Origin: Raillietiella orientalis
Taxonomy: Eukaryota
Length of the DNA: 64,000 nucleotides
NCBI GenBank assembly: GCA_036172245.1
Contig: JAYWIR010000037.1
Coordinates: 1,054,001-1,118,000, forward strand
Direction: 5' to 3'
How positions within the stretch are numbered: the first letter of the stretch is position 1; each line of letters starts with the position of its first letter. A program made the translations under genes and the position numbers. The notes below the pieces were generated by a model. That model worked only from the letters and a program-made list of their open reading frames with translations, made no database searches and was not told the DNA's origin. Positions 11,201 to 25,934 of this stretch are shown here, piece after piece.

Positions 11201-14200
11201 TGTGTGCGACGCGGAACGACCTGGCTGCAGCAACGAAGCTGCATGCAACTCGCAGGCAGTTTTAGTCCTCCGGAGAGTGATGAAGTGATGATCAGCAGCT
11301 GTATTCAGTTCTCCTTGTGAGGACGTTTACCGGAGAATGGAGAACGCCCGAGAGCATCGACACGTCTTTGGGTCATTCGAAAAATCCTGATGGTCAAAGG
11401 GCAGGACGACAATACAGAATAATAATACAAAATCGGTCAGCACGTGCTTTCCGATGGTAAAAGTTTTCTGCTTGGCTAAGCATGTGTCACTCCGGGGACG
11501 AGGACTTAGTCGATCAAAATACTGACTGCTTCATGCGAACCCAGATGGTCCCGTCACACATTGCTGCTTAGTGGCTTTTGGTTTTCGTTCGGGAATAATG
11601 AAAGCACAGACGTACGAACAAAGAATGCCTTGGACTCTCATGGAGGTAAACAGCAGAATGAATCTTTGATGGAGAATGGTTCAGTATTTGCTGCTGGATT
11701 CATCTTCATTGCTTGCGTTAAATCGTTTCCTCAAGTCATTAGAGGAAAATCTTGGAATTTCGGGGGGGGGGGGACGAGGAGGAACGAGTGAAAGAACGCA
11801 GTCAAATTCAAACTGTTCGAGGAGTTATATCATTTTGTGGAATTGCGAGCTGCGGATATTTTTTATCTCATAGACCTCTGGCATTCAAGTCAGAGTGATC
11901 GATTGCAGTTCATGTAGGATCAAAACTTCAGCTATCGTGATAATGAAATGCAGTGGTGTTCAATCTGTCCTAAAAAGCATCCCATCAGCATTTTAATTCC
12001 GTTATCGTATCAACAAGAGCAAACCCCAGATCACTTTCCCTTCGTTTACACTTGTAGATGATGAAAGGCCTGACAAAAGCACATTTCGGTAATCAAAACA
12101 AAGAAAAACAAGGGAAAGATTTTAGGCAATCTGTTTAAGAAGTAACGGTTTGAGATTGGCTGGCGATTGAAAGAAGGAAAGGCGTTTCCTAAGGGACTTC
12201 ATACCGAGTAAAGAGTTGGCGCTTCCGAGACTGAGCACGAGATTGCATCTCAGTTGGAGGGGCATAGTTTTGGAAAGAAAGCAGCGTGCTCGCAGGAACT
12301 TTTATAACGAAAAATGAAAAAATTCTATGAATTCAACTTGCTTGCTCACAAGCTTGCTATTATTTTGCAATGGTTTATGTCATCTTACCGACATAGAATT
12401 AAACCAAAGAAGACCACTGCTCCTCGATTAGGGGAAAAATGAAAGTACATTTCAGAGTACTGCAAAAAGGATCATTACAAGTCCACATGGACCAAGATTC
12501 CTATGAAACGGCTATAAAGACAAAGCAAAGGTTACTTACCGCTGTCCCAATTTTCGAGTGTGATCAGCATAGAATACCGAAATCGCCTTCAAGTGTATGT
12601 TGGAGGCGCTGAGGAGGGAGCAAATCAAGGATATTCGATCACAATGTGAAGGAGATTTTGAGTGAACACTGAGAAGACAGTAAGTCATTCATTCTGATCA
12701 AAAGCAATGCCATGGATAAAAATTCAGATTAGAAGATAGCCGACTAAGTCAACGTTTGTCTCTGTGGCTGGCTACCATCATCGATTTCTGGAATTTTCAT
12801 TCAAAACAGAAATTGAAAATTCTCATGCGCAAATGGCAGATGAACGATACATTTTGAAAAGTACGAGAAACAAAAAATTCCAAGAGTTTTCGGGATTGCT
12901 GCCGAAATCAAGTTACCTCACTGTGGAAAGACAATCTCAACGAACCGTAAATACGTGGGCAAGCTGCTCAAGTGCAATGCTGGCAAGCCCAGCCCAAGTT
13001 CATTTAGCATTGATACCGATGCCAATCAGGCTTTTAGTGGGACAGTTTGAACGGTTAAAAGGAATGATTGAGTTCGGTACATTCACCTGCAAAATTAAAT
13101 GTTCATTAGAAGATGTGAAATTGCGGCATTAATAACTGTTTTTCCCTCATTGGCCTTTAACTCCCGACGTATGTCAAGGAATAAGTGGCTCAACTCATAT
13201 CTCGGTACAAGCACTGCTACACACAAAAGACAGCAACTTGTCGAGATACATATGAGATATATTTGCAAAGAATGAAAACCGATTCTGAAGAAAAAGGGAT
13301 GAAAACGGCACTAAGAATATACAATAGAATGAAAATTGGTCGAATTCAATTCCCGGTTTGCTTCTTTTTCTATTATTTCAAGGTTTCTTCATCTGCAGGA
13401 GTGTCTTTATATTCATTCTAGCCCCTATTCTTTTTCATTAACTCTTAGGATCGTTGTGATATGTAATGATTCCAAGAATTTCGAAATTCGCAGTTTATTC
13501 AGGTCTTACGAAGAGGTTTCAGCTTGCTCTTGCAGGCAGCTTGGACTTGGGAATCATTGCAGACACATTCTGCCCAGCCTCAGTACAGCACTTCTGTAGA
13601 GCAGAGTGCATTTCTTATTTCACGGTTATGTCTTGCCTTTAAAGAGAGGGATTTCTCCTCAGCCAAGGGGATCTCTCAGAAAGCCATCGCGTGGTGTTTT
13701 CCTTTGAGTTTTTAAAGTTCCATCTGTTTCTTTAAGGTTTCACTTTATTTCCATTTTAGCACATCGTTTCGCATGTCTTTCTCTGTGTAAACTTTTTCTT
13801 TCCGAGTGCTGCTTTACGCGTCACTTGCCAGATGACCTTAACGCTATAACTAACATATATTATATAAATTGTTTCTGTTATATGCAGCATGTGAGCATAA
13901 GAAATGTAATATGTATGTTTTTTGGCACAACCGCATGGCTGATTAATCCAAAATTATCAATTATAGCACATTTATTGCATTGCTTCAGTGTATCTTCGCG
14001 TTTACATTCGTATTATCGAAACGAAGCGATAGACTCAAATTTGGCTCAGTGTGATTCTTGATAAAAACTTCGAGTTTTGCACGCTACATGGTCTCAACAC
14101 TTCCGTTAGAGATAGCTTGAAGATCTCAATCTAACATGCACTTTGCTCGAGCCATAAGATAAAATCTCATCATGTCGCTTTTATGTGGATTCTTGAGTTT

Positions 14201-16729
14201 TCAAATGATTAATGCAGAACCAGCTGTTATGCAGGTCACGTTTAAAAGTGGAAAATGAAAATTATTCGAAACACAAGTAGTCGAGAGTTCTTTTGCACCA
14301 GAAAGCCTCCAACGCACTGAGGTGCCCTTTGATGGTTCCCAACGAAAACTTCACCCATTTTCTCTCTGCCTCAGGTTACATGCTTTTAGCTGATTTATTT
14401 ACATATCGAAAAATTGCGATTTCGTTTCTGAGAATTCGAAATATCATGTGACGTTTGCCTAATTAATCCCACTATAGCTTTCAATGGAATATCCATTGCT
14501 TTAAAACTACACCTACCCTATAACCCTAAACCTACGCCTATAACTCCTTCATCTGATACCACATATGAAATCACAATGTATACGAGTGCTCCATCCTTTC
14601 ATTCAGAAAACATTGGTGTCAGTGTCTGGATCTTCGAATCACTTTGTTTATAAATGATTCCAAGAACAGAGAAAAAGATTCGAGACGTTGAAAAATCTTG
14701 CCTCCTTTTGTTCCTGTGACCTGTGCTCTACTCCCATGAACTTTCAATCTTTCAGATGTAGTTGTCGTGTATCTTCAAGCTATTTAGAAACGAAGCATTT
14801 CTTTTTTTTTTTTTTATGGAACACTAACCATTCTTGCAGAAATAGGCAACTATAAAACGCATGCAGTGCTTATGGTAAGTTCCCAATTAAGACTATCATT
14901 TCAGAAAATGATTGCTTTCAAGGTATCTGGGATTCCGGAAATAGGAAACAGCTTTAGAAATGCAACTTCCGTGCATTTCCTTTTGCAATCATCGAGCCAC
15001 AAGATAGCTTTTTTATAGATATTCACTTCAAAAATTCAAATATCTAGATACATTTGTGGAAATCATTTCTGGTACCATTCCTTGCTGAGTAATGAAAATC
15101 ATTGGTAGAAGGAGTAATCGCCAGCTGCTTAGGAGACAAAAAAGCAGTAAGCATTCGAAGATAAAGAAGTGTTTGTGGAGGTTTTTCCAAACTAACAGAG
15201 TATGAGCTTTAGTTGATTAAATGAAAAATGCCCATAATCCAGTCGTGAATCAAAAAATATGTAAAATAGAAAAGTTACGATGAAAGTAAATGATGGCTAG
15301 TCAATCAAAATATTGGCAGATGATACAATTTAAAACATGTAGAAACATCGAGATTATCTGGAAATAAGTACCCGCAAATATATTGATAAATTAGAGAAAC
15401 AACGACTAAGTAAATATGGAAATCAAATCGTTGTCAGAATTTATTGTTCGTTTAGTGATGTTGACATTAGCTGCTAAAATTTGATACGCAATTTAAATAT
15501 GAGTAGAGAGTTGATACGTAGAGGCTACATTTTTCAATGGGATGTTATAAATGCAAAACAAGAGACAAATTCTTAACTGCCTTATATGAGACCATAAAAA
15601 CATTGTGATTTTTATGATAGACATCGGAAATATATGGGTATACGAAAAGCTTTTGATATATTCAGAAAACATTAAATTGAATGAAAAGAAATGCTTCGAA
15701 TGTTTTTTTTTTTCAAAAATTATGTACATTTGTATATTTGTACCGTTCTTCTCATCAAAAGATCCAGTATTTTTCCAATTTTATCACCTATTACAACTAA
15801 TACGCCACTTCATCAAAGGGATCTTTTGTACTTTGCACTTGTAACTCCTTTCAAAATCAAGATTGTATGCTTCAAACAAAAGGACTTTTGATTCCCTCCT
15901 TTTTTAGTAGGTGACTTTCTATCTTCTTATGTGCAATTGCAAGAATACTTGAGAATGTATGTCTTCCAGGGTATTCAAGATTAGATTTCATGTGGATGCC
16001 TAACGGAGAGTGGGTGCCACAGGGCAGTTCGGTGGCTACGGGTATCATGTCGAAGGTATGAAATGCCCTTCTCCGAAATGCAATTTCAATATAAGGGAGT
16101 CTAATCTGCAATGATCAGTGTTTCAGAAAAATTATTCAATATTTTCTAGAGCGTTGTCGATTTGTGGGTGTCATTGCTCGAAGATTACCAGTGCAATCAA
16201 TGATTGGAATTTTCAGATCATATTCTTGTGAGCAATTGAGGTTGATTGAGCATATGACCGTGATAGCATTGTACAAGTTTGTGAAATCTCCAAGCACCTG
16301 ATGGAACAGCTCATTTTGACATCACGGACCAAAAAAAGTTGCGTTTTACAGTCGTACAAACTGTTTGTTTTGAGTGCCTGATTTTGAATGTTTGGCCAAA
16401 TAATTAGAAGGATAAAAAGTTTGGTGCAAGTACCTTTCAGATTGATGCAAAATGCCATCGTAAAAATAGAGTAGAAACGACATAAAGAACAAGTAGTAGA
16501 AAACTGACAAAGTCAACAATTTCAGATAAAAACTAGGTTCAGATGTATGATTTTTACATTTAGGTAGGGAAGCGGCTAACTTAGTGACATTTTCCAAAGT
16601 CGTTTTTGAATTAAATCCAAAAGAAATATTCCAGAAATGCCTTTAGCATTGCTGTGACTACTCTACATTTTAGAATATCTTAAAGAGCCCATCATTTCAA
16701 ATTATTCGAAGTAATTACAATGGAATTCT

Positions 16730-19700
16730 ATAAAAAAATGAACAATGATGAATTTTCTGCATTCAGAGATGAATTTTTTTTTTTGTTCATACCAAAAGAG
16801 TCAAGTATTATATAAACATGGAATTGTTGTTGAGTGACACTGATGTTGATTAGAGTCTATGAAAACTTGAAGTGTTTCCTCAGGTTCTCAGCCTGGAAAA
16901 TGTTTGCAGTGTTTTCTCTTTTGTATTCTCAATAAGTATTAACAATAATTCACCATAATTATATTTCTCTGTGATTGCAGTTTTTTATATTCCTAGATGT
17001 GGAAATACTTATATGAAATTGTGAAAACTTTTGAAATTTGGAAAATAGAATGTAAAATATAGGTTTGGGAAGCATTTCTAAATCTGGAATTGGAAATCAG
17101 AGTTTAGTTGACAACATATTATTAGCACAAGCATAAGAAATAGCATGTAAGTAGTCAAATTTCAGTTTTAAACTGACTTCAAGCAGCATGCAGTAGTCAG
17201 TTGTCAGCTAGCAATCACCAAGTCAGAATGTAGGTAGTAAACCTTCAAGGCATGAAAGGTAAATTGCTTCAAAACAAATAGAGCCATTGAAGACTCATTC
17301 TATTTTCTTTAGGGTAAGCAAAGTCAAGTATCAAAAATTCAAACCTTGTTAAAATAAATATCCTTTGAATATATTTGTAATGGATTTTGTAAATTCATGA
17401 GATAATTTAATAATGAAGGTAATGAAGGTTTATGAAATGCGAAAATTTTATAACTATTCAAAGGGTAATTCATACTTTAAGTATAAGGAATTCCTTTATA
17501 AACAGTTGAGAATTATCCTTAGAAGGGAAAATAGTGAAGTAAAACCATTTTTTCTGCATTTGTGGCAATTCATCAATTTAATATGCATTCTAAACACATA
17601 CAGGTATCCTTGGTGATAAAATTGATTGCTTAATTAGAAATTTGCATTAATCAAGCTTTAATGATGTAATTTTTAAATAATATATGTAACCCTAATACAT
17701 TGGCATGAAAGACTTTGGAGTAGCTTGTATTGATATTGTCATTATTTAAAACCCGAACAAATACTTGTTTGTACTGCATCTAAGTTATTTTGTTATTTTC
17801 TGTTGCATCCATAATACTCAATATATGATGGAAATTATCATGAATTACTTTGCATCTGTAAAATCACAGAAAACTTAATACTACAGTAAATATAGTAGCA
17901 AATGTCAGTGTTAGCACTGTTAACCAGTTTTAGTATGCAGTAATAGTTATACTATATCAGTCACTTCATAACATACACTATTTGAAGTTATTATGACATA
18001 TGAAAGTTGAGAATATTTGAGCAAATAACTTTACGTGTTTCATTTGAATTTTAATGATGAAGATTCTACTGTTGATGTGATGACAATCATCATGTCAGAA
18101 GAAAACAGAATTGTTCTACAATTTTGTAGAACAATTCCCATAGTATTAACTCCATCTTGAGAAATTCTCTCATTAATGCAAATGTTTGCAACTTCCTGTT
18201 CTTTTAATGTTATGATAAACTTTGGGCTTGTGAACATTTGTTTCCTATTGATGTTCATCATGAAATAAAGCTTGAATTTTGGCTGTATGAAATGGTCTTC
18301 AAAGAACACTGAATTCATGTTAGCTTCAACCATCGTAAACAAACATGAGTATCAGTATTCATTTTTCAGAAATGTTAATATCACAAAAGGTTTATATAAT
18401 TAGAAGCAGTATCTTTTGATTATTTTACAAACATTGTTTATTTTTTGAAAATAACATGGCATTTGGAAGTTCCAAGAGAGTTTAATAAATAGCTTGCTCA
18501 CATCAATCAAAATGCAAAATGCTACACATCTGAAGGATTAACTTAAGATTTGTTGCTAAATATGGGTTTAAAATTTTCTTTTTTTCCTTTAAATCCTAGT
18601 CTCCAAAATTAATTGCTAACAAGAATGCAGTGTTGTAGTAAATGAATCAAGTGCTCAGTGATGGATATTTAAATACCTGTGTACTTTGGGAGTTAAGAGC
18701 TGGGTAGTGGAAGTAAAAAACAATGCATGGAAAGACATGTGTAAAGAACACAAGAAAAAAAATCAAAAACAAATACTATTGAAGGTTTCCTAAGGTTATT
18801 AAGATCCTGCAGAAATGAGCCTTTTGTATTGTAACATGAATTGTAAAATGATGGATTGAGGAAAGGAACAATATAAATATCTCTTATCCATGGCGCATAC
18901 AGATATCAGATCCTTGATCCAACTTCTTAGTATGAACAGTGCTTTACTTTAAGTTTGTACATGCATCAGTGTTCTACATTTGTAAATTATTCAATATTGC
19001 ATCAAAAATTAATAGCGAAATAACAAAGCTAAAGTTAAATTAGTGGGATCAAATAAATGAATAAATTACCTAACATTGCTACACTTCATATACAAAGCAG
19101 GTGCCTTACATTTTATCATTTAGTCTTCTGCAGGCTTATGCAAATTGGAGTAAACACATGCAAGATATCTCAAGCTAGAAACGATTTTGACTCCTTTAAT
19201 AACATCGAGAATTCTTTGAAATCGAACTAATTGCAAAAAATCTGCTTGACTTATAGCTTGACTTATGTTATGTTGAAGTCGACTGTGGGGGTGCTTTACA
19301 CAGGATCAAGACCTGATGTTCCGTTTTTTGATCATCTTGTTTGCATAGTTTTTACACTTTAAATTCCATATATTCGAAACCATGTTCAAATGAGACCTTC
19401 ATATGCAAATTTTACACTTAATTGTAAGGTTGGATAAGGAAATGCAAGAAAATGATTGAAATGAAGATTTATCAATTTTTATTTTTTATAGATTAAGAAT
19501 AGATTATGCTGAAGATATGTAAGCTTAATTGGTTTTCAAGCAGCCTGGAAAATTGAGAACTTATGCAAACCCTGTTTATATACTTGAGAAGTTTATTTGT
19601 TTTGATTTGCAGGAGGATTGGTCTGTGTGAAAAGAAACATTTGATTGCGTAAAGGGAATTTTTCTACAGATAAGGAGTTCTGCAGTATCCGAATTAATTT

Positions 19701-20550
19701 TTTTTTGTGTAAGTAGAGAATCTTCATATCCTGTGTCTGGCTACTTAGCAATATTGAGAAGTTTGATGTCTTTCATGAGCAGATTAATTACATGAATTGC
19801 AATGATTGTAAGTATGCAAGTTTTCTGTTGCTTGCTGGAACATCTGTGAAGGCAGGATTTATATGTTTAAAAACATGAACATGTATAAAAAACAATATTC
19901 AGAAGGTAATTGTGCATATTCATGGTTTGATTCCTTAATAAAGAGAATCAACAAGTAAGTGAAACTGAGTGATTGTTATTTATATTAAGGATACATATGT
20001 TGCTGCTTAATTTTCAAATTGTCCAATGAAGCGTGAACAGAAGGGACCACCATCAGTTACATGCAAAAGGAATTGTGCTATTCTTTTATTGTAAATATTC
20101 TAAAATTTGATATCTGCATAGTGTTACGACACAAATGAAAAGAAGTATTTTTATTTTTTTTTTTCAAATAGAAGCTATTGTCTGATGCTAGAAAGCCCAA
20201 GTGCTTCAAATGGTTCTTAGTGAATGTCCTTGCATTAAACTTATTTGATAGCTGGTGATATTAGTAAATTGAATCATGCTCACAGATGACTCTCTGTGAG
20301 ATTGAAAGTATGTTTTTATGCACACAAATGTATGACTATGCCTGCTGGCATTGACTATCATTAATACCAGTAGGATATACCTTCTGAAAGGTATCCGACT
20401 CAGAAGGAAGGTTAAACGTTCTCTTTTAGTTAGCATCAGATATACCAAGTTTTCTGCATCAATATGACTTATCTGGAAAGCAAAAGACAACTTCAAAAAA
20501 TGTGATACTTTATCAATTGCAAAAATGTAGAGGGATGAACTTCAGTTCAG
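16730..20550. other. CpG-depleted AT-rich domain
   Basis: Manual count gives about 6 CpG in 16730-19170, while the similarly AT-rich 15-16 kb segment has frequent CpG. Confidence 0.75.
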
Positions 20551-23500
20551 TGACTGGTTTCCTTCACAATCGATGACTGTTTACGTTTTTCTAGGCGATT
20601 TAGATATTTTTAGAATGAAATCTTTGTTGTAATTCCCCGAATAGCGTTAATTTTGGTTCCATGATTCCGATGGATATAGAGCATGACCATCTTTTTCTCT
20701 CGACTCGTCTTAAATTTTTCTCAGTCAAACATTCTGCCATCTTTTGTATCGCAAATCCAATTCCGATCGACCACATTATAAAAAAGTGATTCAAAGCTAC
20801 ATAGCACCTTATGAGAAATGCTAAATTGATGGAAATTAACTTTGATGCTGTGTTTACTTTGGTACGTGTGAACTCATGGCAGCTCTTTTTTGAAAGTCAC
20901 CGTTCGTGTATACTTTTACAAAGTGTACCTCTTTTTAACATTTCCAATTATTTGGCATTTCAAATCAGACCAGAAAAAATGGAGAGCTGATGAGTGCACT
21001 TTCTTTCTGAAACTGTGGAGATGGGAAAGAAGAAGCCTTTTTAGAACATGCTAGAGAATGATAAATTTTGAGGAGGCTGTTTGGAATCAAAAAGCAAAAA
21101 CACTGGAGCACAAACGGGGACCTTCTCCAATTCACGCCACGAAAGAAATTTTTCGTTAACGCATTGCGTCATGAGATGACATAGGAGAACATTACCCAGA
21201 CAGAAGGTAAACCACGATAAGTAAAGCATGATGCATCATGCCCATCAGCGAAATTGGTAGTTTGTTTCCGGGGAGCGTGCACGTGAAGTATGAGATGCTG
21301 AAGTATGAATCACTGGAGGCCTTCTGAAGAAGCTTCTGTTCATTGGACTTGAATGAGAATGAATTTCCCTTTTCCTCGCCACTGAAAGGTGGGATGGGTG
21401 GACCTCATTTTCGGTCCAACGAAGAGATCGAAACGGTGTTTCCCGCCTCCAAGCAAAGGTGGGTCTCAAGATAAATGGATGAGCGAATCCTCATCGGTTC
21501 GGCGCGGGAAGGACATCGCAAGGAAGACCGATGGTTGTGTCACTTTCTGTTCGGCTTCGATGGTTTTTTGTTTTCCACTTGCAACTTCTAATCGGATATA
21601 GCCATTGGATGTGTAAAATGATTGGTTTCAGGATTTGCGAATGATTGATTTCTCGGGTTTGCAATTGATCTCGTATAATTGTGGTTCATATCAAATGTTG
21701 TTTCTGAATACATAATTTATTTTTCTATCACGAAATCAGAAGTAAAGTAACAGAAGTCTCAATGGAACATCTGGTTTGCAGGAGAAAGCATCTCATATCA
21801 TTGTCCATACTTCATTCTTGCTATTTAAAAAAAAAAAAAACAGTGTCATATAAATCGAAATTCAAAGCCCTATTAAAAAAGTATCATCCATGAACGAAGA
21901 CTGCAATTCTGTTGTTGTTTTTGGTTTTGTAATTTTGAACGTTCCTTCCCAACTGTTATACTTCTTTGATAGTATAAGAAGAGTTTCTGACTTGTCTGAA
22001 GTACCGTGAAATCAGTAACGAAAGCCATAGGACGAATCCCACTGGATCGAAAGAGGAAGTTGACTTGAGGAAGAACCTATTCTCAACATAAATCAATTAC
22101 AAGCAAATATGACTCCGAGTTTTGTAAAAAACCTAAAGAATCGTCTAAAGTTATTTTAGGCACATTTCATTTAGGTGCTTTAAAGAATATGGAAAAGTTT
22201 CAGCGGTGGAAGTCTTAAAATGCTAACACTCTGCCTACTTTATACTCTGTGAGATTCCAGTTACAGCAGTCAAAATGGAAAGGAAGCAAGCTGCTGCACT
22301 AGAAAATTGAATTGCAGCACCAAAATTTGTTTTCTTAAATGAATGTTTGCTTTCTTACATTATGCAATAACTTACACTGGATCATTATTTCCGAGTTGTT
22401 TTCGGCCTTTTTAGGAAGCACAGTACATTTTTAGATTTCACACCTGTGTCTAGTAATCCAATACAAAGCCAAATTTGCAGTGGAAACCTTAGTTGTCTGT
22501 GGACAAATCACATCAGTAATTTAGGGACTACACTTTTCAAACGACATATCTGTACAGAATTCTTACAGAATTCTTGCAGAAAAAAATTGCAGTGCGCCAC
22601 ACATTGGGCACAGACAAGAAGCCCATGTGCAACTGCACACATTCTCTCCTGAATTGCCTGGGGCATGATCAGCAATAGCGTGCACTCAAACTCACTTGCA
22701 TGGGTCAACTACGATGTAAGGTTCACAGCAATATTTCACACGTGATTTTTCTTCTTTTGCCGAAAATTGTTGGTATGAAGCACCTCTCGCTTAGCCAAAT
22801 TATTTAAAACTAAAACCGTAATGCCCTAATTACATTTTCCAGCTTTCGTTGCCGATGAAATGTTTTTGGGATCAGTTTTTCAGGACTGTGCGTTCTCCGC
22901 TAATTCGAAAATCCTTCATAGGGTCTCCCCCTCTTCCTGGACCAGTATTTTCTGATATGGTATCCGAGTTATGTGCAAGAATGCGACTGGTGCATTCTCT
23001 CTCTGCTTCCTTTTCATCCAGAGATCATCGATGGTTCTGCATCGGCATCTTCGCCGGCCGGAATTCTCATCCAGAAGGAAAACAAAGAGAAGAAAGTTCC
23101 GTGGAAGCATCACTTGGGAAATGCGCGTACATTTCTAACGTAATGTCGTCTTGGTCGACTCATTTTCATCGAACTCCATGGACTTATCTGACTTTTCTGG
23201 GACGATTAGCGATTCTCGTTTGAGCTAACTGCCTTTTGAGTATGTAATGGCTTCTGGAAAAAGTCTTTTTTTTTTGATTCTCAAAGCCTTGAGAACAGGA
23301 AGTTATCAACGGTGTTGTCTGTCATCGATTACATTAGACCAGTTTCTTGAACCTGATGATCGGTACTGTTCTTCAAGCTTGCGAAAGTGGCCCGAGAAAC
23401 TGTTTGAACCAGAAATATGCTGGACGGCAGGAATAGTAGCTTTCTGTCAGTATTTTTAGTTCATAATTATTATAGTGAGATGTTCGTTCCACATTGACAC

Positions 23501-25934
23501 AATTCTTTTCGTTTAGCGGACGTCACTTTTCAGCCCTCTTGTCAGGTTGTCCCAATTTCAGCAATCATCCAAACATTTAGAGGAGCATCAAAATCAGATA
23601 AGAAGTTTCCGTACCTTCTAAAAGATTATAAAATCACCGCCTTTTAAGAAATACAAAAACTTCAAATTACAAATGGTTCAAGTGATCTCCGTTTCTTCAG
23701 TATTGCATATCAGTAATAACTATTTGGATCTGTATGGGGTTTCTGCCCTTTGAAACCAGATAACCAACTTTCATTCAAAGGTATATTAATACCTTTGGTG
23801 CGATAGCTTTGAATACTTTGAATGAAGGTTGGTTATCTGAAAGCGTACTGTCTTAAATACTAGGATGTGCTCAAAGTCCCGTTTAGTCTGCGAGTCTGAA
23901 ATTCTTTTTTAGATTTGAACAAATCTTTCTGACCTTTTCCAGCAAACCATCTTCCTGAACCAATATATTAGGCAAAGTGCCCTTTCCATCCATCTTAAAA
24001 AAACTTGAACTCAGTATATACTTGAACCTTTTTTTTTTTTTTTTTTACCCAACACCAGTTGTAGCATTGAAATTCGGGGTGAGCAGAGGTTTTCCAGTTT
24101 TTCTCAGTAGCATCAGATCATTAACTAGAACTTGATTTGACCCGCGCCTTGAGAAAAGCAGAGCAGTAAAGCTTGTTGAACTTCTACTGAATTCATCTGC
24201 TCATTTTCATTTCCCTCGAGTCGCATCACCATTCTGAGAGACCCCCTTCCCTTTTGTGATGCAGCTCTAATTCACACCCAAAAAGTTTTGCAGCTGCTGT
24301 TTGATCCTTTTGTCCAATGTTCATGGCTACTGGGCGCGGAATGAACTTTGTGTAAGCATGCATCACCATTTGCATTCATAGCCAACGGGGTCGTTTTAGC
24401 AGAAAACAAAGTCGTATCTTTGCGGCTCACGAGAATCTCTTTGTGCACATTTCTTAAAACGGAGACGATTCCTCGTTTTATTCGTAAAAATGTCCACAGA
24501 CAAATTCCATCGCAGAAATGGTTGATGTTTATGTTTTAATCTTACAATGCTTAAATGTAGGCTGCTGAAGAGTACGGAGGTCATGAATAGCCATTATTTT
24601 CTAAACTGCCCGAAGCACGGATGTCTGTCAGAAGTTACACAGCGTTTTCTATCAGCAAGACCGAAATTTCATGCAGCTGACCAAAGTGTGCAATTAGCCG
24701 ACATGCATTATACAGGATTTTCTCGAGTAATTTTCTCAGAACGGGACGGAATCAAAGCAAAACAACCGACCTACATGCAATTCAGTGGAGTGCCCTGTAC
24801 AAGAGCCATTCGTACAGGACATTCGTAAGAGAGGACACCAACTGGAAACAGACTCCGTGTCCACGGTTGCTGCATATTTCATGTGCTGGCATTCCTCTCA
24901 GAAGAAATTGGTCGCGACCTTTCACAACGCGATGTGTCATTCAGTTTGCCCATTACCACGTGAGTACTGAGTTGGTCTCATGGCATTGGGATTTCAAGTC
25001 AGGAAAACAGTCTCGACATAGTTTCCGAGTTGTTCTCATCCATCCTCCGAACTGTAGCCCTACGCGACGACAATCTCTTTGAACACGAGCGAATGAATTT
25101 TCCTTTCCGTGTATGTAGGTCGAGTATAAAATGTTTAAGCAGTTCGTTTTTGGAAACAGCAGCGTTCATCCAGTCCGTTCATAATTTGGAAGTTCCGTTA
25201 TCATCGTCATTATCTGAGCTCATTTTATTACAGTGAGTAGTGCCTGATTTCCTGCTATTATAATGCTTTAGATTCTATTCGGAAAACTCTGTCCTCAAAT
25301 TTTTTTTTTTTTCTCATTTTGCATACGTCCTTCCCCAAGTGGGTTACCTACTTCGAAGCATTCTTATTCCACTTCTAATGAAATTATCAAAAAAATGCCT
25401 TATGGACAAGACGTGATGCAATTCCGTGCTGGAATCGATTCGCACAACATCCGAGGTGTGCCTCACATGAGGAACATCTTGCATCTCAACTGTCAGTGAA
25501 GTTAATTCAAGCCAACTTACTCGTAACAAACCGCAGCAATCGACTTAGTCTTTAACTGTTCCAATGATTCAAAATCAAACTGATTACATAAATGAGGTAA
25601 AACCTATCCTTCAAAAGGAAATCCTGCATTCTCTGCTGGTAATGAAACGTCAGTTGAGCTTCTTGTGTGGTCAAATTCGGTTCTTTCACTTGATGCTTGA
25701 CTTACAGCAATTCATCCCGTTGCATTAAGAGAGCCAAGCAACTGTCCATGGTTTGGAATCTCTGTGATGATGACAGCCAAGCAGCCAAAGTATGTTTGAT
25801 GCAAGCGGTGACTCGTGCCTTGGAAACTACGGTGAAATCACTCGAAACCAAGTCAAGGCATGTGCAGAATTGAAATTTCCAATGAAACGAGCAAAGAACT
25901 TCCTCTGTCATCCCAGGAGCTATGCAGGAGCTAT

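Noticed and set aside
14510..14548. Telomere-like cctaccctataaccctaaacct repeats
   Set aside because: Only a few degenerate units, not a telomeric array.
18040..18342. 100-aa ORF in the CpG-poor island
   Set aside because: No recognisable homology or clear exon boundaries.
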